A stretch of 64,000 bases of DNA from Thermoplasmatales archaeon (GTDB lineage: Archaea > Thermoplasmatota > E2 > UBA202 > JdFR-43), in NCBI GenBank assembly GCA_014361195.1, contig JACIWA010000003.1, forward strand, positions 43,681 to 107,680, given 5' to 3'. Positions 30,564-41,400 of the stretch are shown here, one piece after another. Every line of letters begins with the position of its first letter. Position 1 is the first letter of the stretch. A program made the translations under genes and the position numbers. The notes beneath the pieces are model-generated. The model was given only the letters and a program-made list of their open reading frames with translations. It was not told the DNA's origin and searched no databases.

Positions 30564-31853
30564 TCACGGCCTAAGCCTATATCTATCTCTCGGGAAAAGA
30601 ATGCATTCCCTTATATTCTTTAATTTAAGCAAACCCATCAAAAATCTTTCAATTCCATATCCAAACCCGCCGTGAGGTGGCATGCCATATTTAAAGGCTT
30701 TTAGGTAATCTTCAAAATTTTTTAAATTCATTCCAAGCTCACTCATTCTTTTAGTGAGTATTTCATAATCATGTATTCTTTGAGCTCCTGATGCAATTTC
30801 CATTCCTCTTAGCTCTAGGTCAAAAGCTCTTGCATATTTTCCAGATGGCATTGCATAAAAAGGCTTTGATTCAACAGGAAAATCCTTTATAAAATATATT
30901 TCATAACCTAAATTTTTGTATAAAATACTTTCCTCATCTGCTCCTAAATCCTCACCCCATGAAAATTTTATTTCCTTGCTCAGTATTTCAACAACTTCAT
31001 CGTATTTTACTCTTGGATAAGGAGGAGATGGCATTTCTATCTCTAAATTTAATATCTCTAACTCCTTGCTGTTCTCTTCAACTATTTTATTTATTGAATA
31101 ATCTGTCATTTCTTCCGCAATCTTCATCACATCTTCTTCACTTTCAATAAATGCCATTTCTATATCAATTGCAGTTGATTCATTTAAGTGGCGGGTTGTA
31201 TCATGCTCCTCCGCCCTGAAATACCATGCTATTTCAAATACCCTATCCAAACCAGATGCCATTAGCATTTGCTTATACAGCTGAGGGGATTGAACAAGAT
31301 ATGCATCTCTATCAAAATAATTTATTTTGAATACCTCTGTCCCTCCCTCAGAAGAGGATGATGAGATTTTTGGAGTGTGTACTTCTATAAATCCTTTCCT
31401 TCTCAAAAATTCAACAGCATTTTTTATAAATGAATTTCTTATCATGAAAACTGCTCTAACATCATCTTTCCTTAAATCTATTATTCTATTATCAAGGCGT
31501 GTATCAAAATCAACATTAACCTTATCTACAACACCCATTGGTAAGGGAGTTGAGGAAGGGGCAAGTAATTTAAATTCCTCAATCAAAATTTCCCATCCAT
31601 TCATTACTTTTTCATTTTTCTTGCAAATTCCACAAGCGGAAATTACGCTTTCTCTATTTAAAGAAACTAATTCTTTAAAAAGCTCCAAATTTTCTTTTTT
31701 AATAGCGGTAATTTGAGCTCTTCCAGTTCTATCTCTCAATATAATGAATGCTATTCCCCCGAGATTTCTTATTTCCTCAACCCAGCCAGCAAGACAAACC
31801 TTCTTTTCATTCTCTTCTTCTCCTACCTCATTTATATAATGTGTTCGAAGCAT
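30564..31853 (-). CDS. aspS: Aspartyl-tRNA synthetase (archaeal class IIb)
   Basis: 429 aa; N-terminal OB anticodon-binding domain, class II motifs (FRAEEHDTTRHLNE; GGFGYGIERFLM). Confidence 0.9.
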   Translation of the reverse strand: MLRTHYINEVGEEENEKKVCLAGWVEEIRNLGGIAFIILRDRTGRAQITAIKKENLELFKELVSLNRESVISACGICKKNEKVMNGWEILIEEFKLLAPSSTPLPMGVVDKVNVDFDTRLDNRIIDLRKDDVRAVFMIRNSFIKNAVEFLRRKGFIEVHTPKISSSSSEGGTEVFKINYFDRDAYLVQSPQLYKQMLMASGLDRVFEIAWYFRAEEHDTTRHLNESTAIDIEMAFIESEEDVMKIAEEMTDYSINKIVEENSKELEILNLEIEMPSPPYPRVKYDEVVEILSKEIKFSWGEDLGADEESILYKNLGYEIYFIKDFPVESKPFYAMPSGKYARAFDLELRGMEIASGAQRIHDYEILTKRMSELGMNLKNFEDYLKAFKYGMPPHGGFGYGIERFLMGLLKLKNIRECILFPRDRYRLRP

Positions 31854-31884
31854 AAAGTTATATTATTGCCCATTATATTTTTTC

Positions 31885-32481
31885 TCATTCATAAAGCAAG
31901 CCAGCGATTATAACCGCTATTATTCCTGTAAGAAAAACCATATCAAGAATTGCTGCCCCTCCAATACTTGCAATTCCTGGAGAAGCTACTTCCAAAAATT
32001 CCTCAAAATGGAGGAAATCCGCTCCAATGATTGCACCAAATGTTCCACAGGAATAGGCAATGCTTGCGACCCTCCTTTTATTTTTATAGCCAGCAATTAA
32101 TGAATACAGGCCCGCTGAAACGGGAGGGAGGAGCCAATATGGAAAAGGAGATACAATTCCTTGAGAAGATGGATAGCTAACCATATATGCAATAAATGAA
32201 ACAATTGCTATGCCTGGCAAACTTCTTAAAAATATTTTTCTTGAGATGATTAAATAGATGCTTATCATCAAGGGCAAAAATGCTCCGCTCAAATTTATCG
32301 CTATAATCATCCCCTTATACTGAAATAACGGGATATCTATATTTCTAAAAAGGACGGAGCCAAAAACTATTAAGCTCGCCTCCCACCATTTAAAGCCAAC
32401 TTCCTCAAAAACATAAGTTAAGATAGAATAAACAAGAAATGAAATTAATGCTAATATCAGGAATATAAAGAGAGATATCAT
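31885..32481 (-). CDS. Integral membrane protein (DUF1614-like)
   Basis: 198 aa, ~5 predicted TM helices; family assignment tentative. Confidence 0.4.
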   Translation of the reverse strand: MISLFIFLILALISFLVYSILTYVFEEVGFKWWEASLIVFGSVLFRNIDIPLFQYKGMIIAINLSGAFLPLMISIYLIISRKIFLRSLPGIAIVSFIAYMVSYPSSQGIVSPFPYWLLPPVSAGLYSLIAGYKNKRRVASIAYSCGTFGAIIGADFLHFEEFLEVASPGIASIGGAAILDMVFLTGIIAVIIAGLLYE

Positions 32482-33104
32482 ATTTTGATATACTTTTCAA
32501 ATATTTTAATTAATTCATTTAAATCCCTCTTTTCAACCACAAAATTTGCAAAATTTTTTATCTCATCTGTTGGATTAAAAGCAATCTTTACTCCAGCTCT
32601 TCTGAACATATCAATATCATATTTTGTATCTCCTATCACAATTACATTCTCTTTCTCAACCCCTAATTTTTCAATTAGCTTTTCAAGCACTTTTCCTTTT
32701 TCCATCAATGGCACATTTAGAATTGCTTTCCAAGGCAAATTTTCTCTATAAATTATTCCATTTGCAAAAACATATTTTATTCCAAAATTGGCAATTCTTT
32801 TTGCTAGCGTATCAATTCCTCCAGAGATAATTGCAATTTCTCCAATTTCATTGAGATATTCAATGCATTCCCTGCATCCAGAGGTGAGGTCTATTGAATT
32901 GAAAATTTTTTCAATATTCTCTTTTCTTATCCCCTTTTCTCTCCACCTTTCAATATCTCTATTTAAAAATTCTTCATCATCTATCTCCCCCTTTTTATAA
33001 GCTTCAACAATATCATCATTTTTTATCCCGTATTTTTTATGAATTACTTTCCATGAACTCCTCTCTTCAATAAATACTCCATCCATGTCAAATACTATAA
33101 GCAT
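32478..33104 (-). CDS. HAD-superfamily hydrolase (phosphoserine-phosphatase-like)
   Basis: 208 aa; motif I FDMDGV, motif III K...GD(T)KYD. Confidence 0.7.
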   Translation of the reverse strand: MLIVFDMDGVFIEERSSWKVIHKKYGIKNDDIVEAYKKGEIDDEEFLNRDIERWREKGIRKENIEKIFNSIDLTSGCRECIEYLNEIGEIAIISGGIDTLAKRIANFGIKYVFANGIIYRENLPWKAILNVPLMEKGKVLEKLIEKLGVEKENVIVIGDTKYDIDMFRRAGVKIAFNPTDEIKNFANFVVEKRDLNELIKIFEKYIKI

Positions 33105-33172
33105 AATAGTATTTCAGCGAAGATAAAAATATTTTTGGCAAAAATTATTTAATTACCTCCAATTTTTCTTTC

Positions 33173-34891
33173 ATGTATCTTAGACAGCCAATCGTTGCGG
33201 TTCTCGGACACGTCGACCATGGAAAAACAACTCTACTTGACTACATAAGAGGTAGTTGCGTAGCAGCCAAGGAGGCGGGAGCAATCACCCAGCATATAGG
33301 AGCAACTGAGGTGCCAATAGAAACAGTTAAAGAATTATGCGGTAATTTGCTTAAAGGGAAGGAATTCAAAGTTCCTGGGTTGCTTTTTATAGATACTCCC
33401 GGACATTTTGCCTTCACAACTTTAAGGGCGAGGGGCGGGGCGCTCGCGGACCTGGCAATTCTTGTTGTGGATATAAATGAGGGAATTATGGAGCAGACAA
33501 AAGAGGGAATTGCGATATTGAAAAAGTATAAGACGCCTTTTGTTGTAGCGGCAAATAAGATAGATTTAATAGATCTATGGAGAAAAGAGGGGGGGATAAT
33601 ATCTCAAAGGCTCGAAAAGCAAAATGAAATAGCAAAAGGAGATTTTGATAAAAAATTTTATAGACTTGTTGAACAGCTTTACAATCTGGGTTTTTCATCT
33701 GATAGATATGACAGGATAAGGGATTTTACAAGAAATGTTGCAATTGTTCCAATTTCAGCAAAAACTGGCGAGGGAATAGGTGAATTAATAATGGTTCTGA
33801 TTGGGTTATCTCAAAAATTTCTTGAAGAAAACCTGATTTGCGAGGAAAGGCCAGCGGAAGGAACAGTTCTTGAAGTTAAAGAAGAAAAAGGACTTGGAAC
33901 AACCATTGATGTAATAATCTATAATGGTGTTATTAAGGAAGGAGATGAAATAGTAATTGCTGGAAAAAAGGGAGTAATAGTCACATCAGTAAGAGCATTG
34001 TTAAAACCTAAACCCCTTGATGAAATAAGGGCTCCTGAGGAAAAATTTAAAAGAATTAAGCTCGCCACCGCAGCATGTGGATTAAAAATAGCTGCTCCAA
34101 ATCTAGAGGATGTTTTTCCTGGTGCTCCGATAAGAGTTTTGAGCAATTTGGAAGAAGATATAAAGAGGATAAATGAGGAAATGAAAATAAATATTGAAAC
34201 AACTGAAGAAGGAATTGTATTAAAAGCGGATGCTCTTGGCTCACTCGAAGCACTATCCTTAATTCTTAAAGAAAAAGGCATACCTCTAAGAAAGGCGGAT
34301 ATAGGAGATATATCAAAAAGGGATATTTTTGAGGCAAAGACAAATGAAAAGGAGATAAATAAAGTGGTTATTGGTTTCAATGTGAAAGTTCTTCCTGAAA
34401 TAGAAGATAATGAAGGAGTTGAAATAATAACAGATAACATAGTCTATCACTTAATTGAAAAGCTTGAAATATGGAGGGAAAAGAAGAAGAAAGAAGAAGA
34501 GGAGAAGAAAAGAAAGGAAATAACATATCCTGGGATGATCCTTTTCCTTCCAAATTGCACATTTAGGCTTAGCAAGCCAGCAATTATTGGAGTTAGAGTT
34601 CTTGCGGGGGAAATCAGACCAGAGCAACATTTGATAAGAGAAGATGGAAAAAGTGTTGGAAAAATAAAAAGCATTCAAAAAGAAAAAAAGACAATTGATA
34701 GAGCAACACAAGGAATGGAAGTTGCAATTTCAATAGATGGGGCAACTGTTGGAAGGCAGATAAAGCCTGAGCAAATACTTTTTGTTGATTTAAGTAATGA
34801 AGATATACAAAAATTGCTTGAAGAAGAGCTCACTTTGGATGAAAAAGATGTTCTTGAAAAAGTAATAAAAATAAAGAGAAAGCATGATTGA
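33173..34891 (+). CDS. infB: Translation initiation factor aIF5B (IF-2 homolog)
   Basis: 572 aa; GTPase G1-G4 (GHVDHGKTT, DTPGH, NKID), beta-barrel domains; no intein. Confidence 0.9.
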   Translation: MYLRQPIVAVLGHVDHGKTTLLDYIRGSCVAAKEAGAITQHIGATEVPIETVKELCGNLLKGKEFKVPGLLFIDTPGHFAFTTLRARGGALADLAILVVDINEGIMEQTKEGIAILKKYKTPFVVAANKIDLIDLWRKEGGIISQRLEKQNEIAKGDFDKKFYRLVEQLYNLGFSSDRYDRIRDFTRNVAIVPISAKTGEGIGELIMVLIGLSQKFLEENLICEERPAEGTVLEVKEEKGLGTTIDVIIYNGVIKEGDEIVIAGKKGVIVTSVRALLKPKPLDEIRAPEEKFKRIKLATAACGLKIAAPNLEDVFPGAPIRVLSNLEEDIKRINEEMKINIETTEEGIVLKADALGSLEALSLILKEKGIPLRKADIGDISKRDIFEAKTNEKEINKVVIGFNVKVLPEIEDNEGVEIITDNIVYHLIEKLEIWREKKKKEEEEKKRKEITYPGMILFLPNCTFRLSKPAIIGVRVLAGEIRPEQHLIREDGKSVGKIKSIQKEKKTIDRATQGMEVAISIDGATVGRQIKPEQILFVDLSNEDIQKLLEEELTLDEKDVLEKVIKIKRKHD

Positions 34892-36716
34892 TTTTTTCCC
34901 ATATAAGCCAAGGAAATTTCAGCTCGAAATTATTTCAAAAATTGAGGAATGCCTCAAAAATAAAAAAAATCTGGTGATGGAGGCGCCCGCTGGGAGCGGA
35001 AAAACAATATGCGCTCTGGCACCGTGCATCAGTTTTACGGTTGAGAAGGATATGGGGGTAATTTATATAACGAGGACAAACTCTCAGCAAAAGCAAGCAA
35101 TAAGCGAAATGAAAAGAATGGGTAAAAAAATCAAGGCGAGTGGATTGCAGGGAAGAACAAATATGTGCTTGCTAATTGAAGATTTTCCTTCATTGAGAAA
35201 TTGCAGTAATGAAGAGCTTTCAAGAATATGTGCTAGGAGGAAAAAAGGGTGTATGGAAAGGAAGAAAGATGATTTCAACAGGTGCATATTTTTTGAGAAT
35301 TTTCTTAAGATAAAAGAGGACTTTGGATATATTTTATCATCTGAAGAGATATATTCATATGGAAAAATGCATAATGCCTGTCCTTATGAAATAAACAAGG
35401 AGATGGTCAAAAAATCAAGGGTAGTTATAGCTCCCTATATTTACATTTTTGATGAAATACTGAGGGAGAAATTCTTCTCCTTATATCAATATCCACCAGA
35501 AAAAACAATATTGATAATAGATGAAGCTCATAATCTACCAGATTTTTGCAGAGAATTGCTTTCAACATCCCTTTCTTATAACTCATTGAAAATGGGAATA
35601 AAGGAGGCAGAGGAATATGGTGTTAGAGATAAAAGTATTTTGAGTTTCCTGAATATTATAGATAAAATTTTTGAAGAAATGCGGGAGGAGTTTAAGCTAT
35701 CAGAGGAAGGAGATGCTTTAATTGGGGATTTTTTTGATAACAGGATTAAGAAATATTTTTCAATTGATGAAATAAAAAGGGTTTCTGAGAGCATGATTGC
35801 ATATGGGGAGGCAATTGCGGATATAAAAGAAAAAAATAATAGTTTTCCAAGGTCTTTTTTAAGGAGCATAGGTAATTTTATTCTTTACTGGATTAATCTG
35901 GATAATAGATGGGTTAAACTGATTGAAGTAGATGATGAAAATTTCAGAATTGTTGCCTATTGCCTTGAGCCATCTATAGCATCTTCAATAATCAATTCAT
36001 TTTATTCATCAATTCATATGTCAGGCACATTGCAACCGATAGATGAATACATAAATTCTATTGGAATTGAAGCGGAGAAAGCAATTTTTCCCTCCCCTTT
36101 CCCAAAGGAAAATAGAAAGATTTTCTATCTTGGAGGGGTATCAACAAAATATTATATGGAAGATGAAATGGTTAAAAAAATAGCTGGTTTGATAGAGGAA
36201 ATATGCAATAATGTAAATAAAAATACTTTAGTTTTTTTCCCTTCCTATTCAGTAATGAATAGATTCATAAACTCTTTGAATATAAAGAGGAATTTGTATA
36301 TAGAAGGAAGGAATGAAAGGCAGGAAGAGTTAATGAATAAAATAGAGAATTTTAAGAGATCAGGAGGTGTTTTTTTATCGGTTATTGGAGGAAAAATATC
36401 CGAGGGAATTGATTTTCCATCTGAAGAGCTTGAAATTGTTTTAATAGTTGGATTGCCATATCCTCCTCCTTCTGCAAAACAATCCTCATTGCAGGAATAC
36501 TATGAAAGGAAAAGCCAGAATGGCTGGAAATATGCTTTTGAGGCACCCGCAATAAGAAAGACAATGCAAGCGATAGGCAGACTTATAAGGAACGAAAATG
36601 ATAGAGGAATTGCAATTATATTGGATGAGAGAGCAACCAGGTTTAAAAAATATGTTGAAATTGAAAAAACAAATGATGCACTTGCAGAAATAAAAAAATT
36701 CTTCGGAAAAAGTTAA
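34884..36716 (+). CDS. xpd: XPD/Rad3-family 5'-3' DNA helicase with FeS domain
   Basis: 610 aa; Walker A EAPAGSGKT, DEAH box IIDEAHNL, Cys cluster in the FeS domain (C...C...C...C between helicase motifs). Confidence 0.85.
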   Translation: MIDFFPYKPRKFQLEIISKIEECLKNKKNLVMEAPAGSGKTICALAPCISFTVEKDMGVIYITRTNSQQKQAISEMKRMGKKIKASGLQGRTNMCLLIEDFPSLRNCSNEELSRICARRKKGCMERKKDDFNRCIFFENFLKIKEDFGYILSSEEIYSYGKMHNACPYEINKEMVKKSRVVIAPYIYIFDEILREKFFSLYQYPPEKTILIIDEAHNLPDFCRELLSTSLSYNSLKMGIKEAEEYGVRDKSILSFLNIIDKIFEEMREEFKLSEEGDALIGDFFDNRIKKYFSIDEIKRVSESMIAYGEAIADIKEKNNSFPRSFLRSIGNFILYWINLDNRWVKLIEVDDENFRIVAYCLEPSIASSIINSFYSSIHMSGTLQPIDEYINSIGIEAEKAIFPSPFPKENRKIFYLGGVSTKYYMEDEMVKKIAGLIEEICNNVNKNTLVFFPSYSVMNRFINSLNIKRNLYIEGRNERQEELMNKIENFKRSGGVFLSVIGGKISEGIDFPSEELEIVLIVGLPYPPPSAKQSSLQEYYERKSQNGWKYAFEAPAIRKTMQAIGRLIRNENDRGIAIILDERATRFKKYVEIEKTNDALAEIKKFFGKS

Positions 36717-36738
36717 AAAACCTTTCATGTTTTTTAAT

Positions 36739-36809
36739 GGGCGGGTCACCTAGTGGCAGGGTGGCGGACTGCAGATCCGCATACGCGGGTTCAATTCCCG
36801 CCCCGCCCT
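36739..36809 (+). tRNA. tRNA-Cys (anticodon GCA)
   Basis: Acceptor GGGCGGG/CCCGCCC, anticodon stem GCGGA/TCCGC with loop CTGCAGA, T-arm GCGGGTTCAATTCCCGC, discriminator U73 (CysRS identity element). Confidence 0.85.
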
Positions 36810-36846
36810 TCCAAAATATTTATATCTTTCCATAATTTGCAATAGT

Positions 36847-38133
36847 ATGATTGATCCATGGGGTTCGCAGAAATATGAATATGATGAGCTATTTGAGAAA
36901 TTTGGGATAGAAAAATTCTCGAGTGAGCTATGGAGGGATTTGCCAAATCCTCCTTTTTTCTTTCGCAGAAATATAGTATTTGGACATAGAGGATTTTACA
37001 ATATAAAGGAGGCAATTAAAAGGCGCATGAAATGGAAAATATTGACTGGATTGATGCCATCTGGTAAAATGCATTTCGGGCATAAAATAGTGATAGATCA
37101 GGTTATTTATTATCAATCAATAGGGGCAAATGTTAGCATTGCGGTTGCGGATATAGAAGCATATGCAACAAGAGATATTTCTCCAAAAGAAGGAGAGAAA
37201 ATTGCAATTGAAGAATATATTTTGAATTATATTGCTCTCGGCTTAAAGCCGTGCAGAATATATTTTCAGTCAAAAAATGAAGAAGTTAAGAGCCTAGCTT
37301 ACTTATTGGCAAAAAAAGTAAATTTCTCTGAGGTAAATGCAATTTATGGATTCCAAGGTTCAACAAATATGGCACATATTTTTGCACCATTTGTCCAGAT
37401 TGGAGATATATTGCATGTTCAACTTGATGAATATGGAGGAATATGTCCAACTCTTGTGCCTGTTGGAGTTGATCAGGATCCCCATATAAGGCTTTGTAGA
37501 GATACAGCAAACTCACATCGCATTTATAGTATAGTTAAAGAAGAAAGCAGGGTAGGAATATTTATAAAGGGAGATGAAGATGTGAAAAAATTTTTAGATA
37601 TTGCGGAGAAAATTGTAAAAGATTATGGAGAAGTTATAGAAAGGATTGATGGCTATAAAGCAATATATGCAAAAATTGATGATTTATTTTCTTTTGAATA
37701 TGAAATTGCTAAAGCGGAAAGAGAAAATGGAGGATATGGATTTATCCCGCCTTCTTCAACATACCATAGATTTATAACTGGTTTAGATGGAAATAAAATG
37801 TCAAGCAGTAGGCCAAACTATGCAATATTTCTTACAGACAATTTAGATGATTTGAAAAAGAAAATATGGAATGCAAAAACCGGAGGCGCAATTTCCGCTG
37901 AAGAACAAAGAAAATTTGGCGGGAGGCCTGAGGAATGCATAATATATGAAATTTTCAATTATGGAGTTTTGGAAGACGATGATGAAATTTTTAGAATAAA
38001 GGAGAGATGCAAAAAAGGAGAAATTTTATGCGGGGAATGCAAAAAATATGCTTATGAACTACTTTCAAAATTTTTAAATGAAATAAAAGAAAAAAGAGAG
38101 TGTGCAAGAGATGAAATAAAAGAGTATATCTAA
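36847..38133 (+). CDS. trpS: Tryptophanyl-tRNA synthetase (archaeal/eukaryal type)
   Basis: 428 aa; HIGH-equivalent PSGKMHFGHK, KMSSS motif, VGVDQDPHIRL; appears to carry an extra segment before the KMSSS loop. Confidence 0.85.
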   Translation: MIDPWGSQKYEYDELFEKFGIEKFSSELWRDLPNPPFFFRRNIVFGHRGFYNIKEAIKRRMKWKILTGLMPSGKMHFGHKIVIDQVIYYQSIGANVSIAVADIEAYATRDISPKEGEKIAIEEYILNYIALGLKPCRIYFQSKNEEVKSLAYLLAKKVNFSEVNAIYGFQGSTNMAHIFAPFVQIGDILHVQLDEYGGICPTLVPVGVDQDPHIRLCRDTANSHRIYSIVKEESRVGIFIKGDEDVKKFLDIAEKIVKDYGEVIERIDGYKAIYAKIDDLFSFEYEIAKAERENGGYGFIPPSSTYHRFITGLDGNKMSSSRPNYAIFLTDNLDDLKKKIWNAKTGGAISAEEQRKFGGRPEECIIYEIFNYGVLEDDDEIFRIKERCKKGEILCGECKKYAYELLSKFLNEIKEKRECARDEIKEYI

Positions 38134-38447
38134 ATTTTTTCTATTTCCAAATCAAGAATGCCATTTTTAAAGGTTTTCTTTATTTTTTTATTAATTTTGC
38201 ACGGGAGATTTATTCTTTTTGTCCATCCATTTTTTAATCTTATTTCAATTGCATCCTTATATGCCTTAACTTTTATATCCTCTTCGCTCGCATCCAGTTC
38301 AATTGTAACATAAATTTTTTTATCATCTTCATTTATTTCAATATTCTTTTCTCCAGAAAATTGCTCTATGGCATCCCTAAATACTTCTTCAAATATTTTC
38401 TCCATTTCCTTTATTATCTTCCTAAATTCATCTTCTTCATCAACCAT
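38130..38447 (-). CDS. Small heat-shock protein (Hsp20 / alpha-crystallin domain)
   Basis: 105 aa; alpha-crystallin-like strands (KIYVTIELDASEEDIKVKAYKDAIEI ... GILDLEIEK). Confidence 0.65.
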   Translation of the reverse strand: MVDEEDEFRKIIKEMEKIFEEVFRDAIEQFSGEKNIEINEDDKKIYVTIELDASEEDIKVKAYKDAIEIRLKNGWTKRINLPCKINKKIKKTFKNGILDLEIEKI

Positions 38448-38496
38448 TAAATAAAAAGAAAAAGGGATATTAAAATATTTTGGGAAGAGGGTTAGC

Positions 38497-41400
38497 TTAT
38501 TTTCTTCTTCTCAGCAAGAAAATCGCTGCAAACATTGCAATTGCAATGCCTATCATTTCAAAGCCTGGTGTCTTTGGCCCAGCTTTCACTTCAACTGTCT
38601 TTGTTGCTTTGTAATAGCCATCCTTCTCCGCAACTATTGTTATAGTTCCTTCCTTGTCTGGTGTGAATTTTATCTCACCATTTGCATCTGTTGTAAATGT
38701 CTTTCCATCTATTGTTACTTTTGCATTTGCAACTGGTTTTCCACCTCTTGTTGTAACTGTTATCCTTGCTTCCTTTCCTTTTTCAAGCTCAGGAGCAATT
38801 ATCTTCAATCCAATTGCCACATCTATGCTTCCTGCATCATCGTCCTCTACAACTATCTGTATCTTTCCTGTTTCGAGTGGAACAATTCCAAACAGTAACT
38901 TTCCATTTGAATCTGTTTCTCCAACATCTATTGCTCCCATTGGAGTGATTATTCTAACATTTAATCCTTTTAATCCCGCATTTGTTAATGGGTGTTTGAC
39001 AAGAATTGTTATCAGATTTTCCTCTGCAAGGAATGCAACTTTTTCTGCGGGTTCAATTATTTCAACTGTTGGAGTTGTTATTCTAAGCATTCCATTCGCC
39101 TCCGCAAATTCGCTTCCATCAGCGGATGGTTTAAATTCGAAGGTTATGTTGCCTATTGCAGTTGCATTTACTTCGCTGACATTTCCTATTCCATTTGTTA
39201 TTGTTATTTCAATTGTATCATTTACCCATGTAACATTTTGGGCATTAATTCCTTTTATGCGCAGTGTTCCATTGAATGCCTTTTCTTCCCATGTAACGCT
39301 GAATGATACTGTTACATTTTTATCTACATTCTTTACAAGCAAGCTCGGGCTTGCGGTAACTGTTGCTTTTGTTACTTCAAAGCTTGGCTCATTTTCCATG
39401 TTATCATGCTTTTTGTCAGCAGTTCTTACATATAGATAATATTTCCCAGCTTCTTCTATATGATATTTGAATGTTGAATTTGCACTGCTTGTTGTATGCA
39501 CTGGAGAAGGCAATGTAAATGTGCCTTCATGCAGTTTTTGCAATTCTGTTTCATTTAATATAAAGAATTCAAAGTTATCTGAATAAGCTTGTCCTCCTTT
39601 TGTTATATTAACTGTAAATTCAGTATTTTCTCCCGCAAGAACTTTTGATGGGGTAATTGTTACATTTAGGTCATGTGCAGCTCTTGATTCAATTCTTGCA
39701 TATGCATATTGGGTTCCTACTCCAACTATATAATCTACAACAACTATTATATTCTTTCCAGCATGTTTTGAAGTAATTGTGAAATTGTATTTTCCATTCA
39801 AGCCTTTTCCAGGTGAGCCATCTCCTGATATTGTTGCATTTTCAACAGCGTCACCCAAAAAATAGAGATTTTCTTCATAATACATACTTACATTTGCATT
39901 TGCAATTGGATTTCCATATCTATCTTTTACCTCTACTTCAATATTTGTTGGTGTATCAACCACTATTGCTTTTGGTGTAACTGTTACAACTCCTCCATCA
40001 CTTATATTTATTGTTTCTTTTGCGGTTCCTTTTTCAGGCCATGTAACATTTATGTAAATGATTCCGTTTCCTTTTGTTGGGAATACGTAAATTTCCCATG
40101 TTCCATTTCCTAAATGATTATATGCATTTTCTGGTGGAGAATAAATTACATCTCCTTCTATTTTAATTCTATCTGTCACATTTTCATTATTTGCTCCTAT
40201 ATTTAATGCATCTGGAGTGCCATATGTTGTCATATTGCTTCCAAATATCTGAATTCTTAAAAGCTGTTTATTTGCAGCAGGTGCCAAAACATTCATTATT
40301 TTATCCAATGGCTGTAAAACCTTTATATTTACCGCTGGCGCTGAAGGGATGCTGAAATCTTTCTCGCCAACATATTCCCAATTTCCATCTCCAGTTACAT
40401 CAACATCAACTTTGAGTATATAATTTCCCGCCTCCCACATCAGTGATGTTAGATTTAGGAATTTTCCATCTATATTAAAAACAATATTTGTTTGATTGCT
40501 TGTTCCTGTATTATTTCTCCATGCATACAACTCTCCACCTTTATAAACGGATATGTTATAATTGTTCCCTGGCAATAATTGCAAACCATCTTCTGGATAT
40601 GTTATTTCAAAGCTTACTTTTCCTATATCAAATCCACCTATTGCATTATTAACTAATAAACTTATATTTGGTGCAACTGTTTTAACATTTACAATATCAT
40701 AACCAAATGCATCTGGATATTGCTCATCTCCAATATATGCAGTAACATTATATTTACCCGCTCCTTTCTGCCCTATATTTCTATCAATGAATGAAAACCT
40801 TCCATCGCTTGTAACATTTTGAGTTTCATTGCTTCCATCTGGATAAATTAATTTAATTTTTGCCTGCGTCGCTGGCTGGCCAGCCATTGTGACTGTTCCT
40901 TCAATGTTTATGTAGCATCCTGGTTTGCCAACTTTTATATAATTCACTTCATCAGGAGTGGCATTTACAACAAGTTCAACTGGCTTAACATCTATTGCAA
41001 ATGCATTTGCCTTGTTATCATTTACCTTGTCAACTATCCACCATTTTCCACTTATATTGAGTAATACGTTTGACCATCTTACATAGCCCGGTCCCTGTGC
41101 AGTAAATCTTGGCTCTGTTTCACGTGGAGCATATAAATAGACTGTTCCTTCTGCATTATTTATTTCAATTGTCTTTGTTTCATTCCAATTTGCAGTTGTT
41201 GGAGTAACTTGCAGTGTGGTCAAATTTGCAATTGGAATATAATCGGTATTAACATCTTCTTCATTCCCTTCATTGTCTATGCTGTAATATTCTATTTTAT
41301 GCTTCCCTGGTGTGCTCAATGTAAATGGTGCGGTATAAGTTATCCAATTTCCTTCATTTATTCTATAATATGTTGCATTTACCCCGCTCTCGTCATCTTG

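Noticed and set aside
38654-39439. 261-aa plus-strand ORF antisense to the surface-protein gene
   Set aside because: Serine/threonine-rich mirror of the antisense strand of a repetitive gene; no start context or motif.
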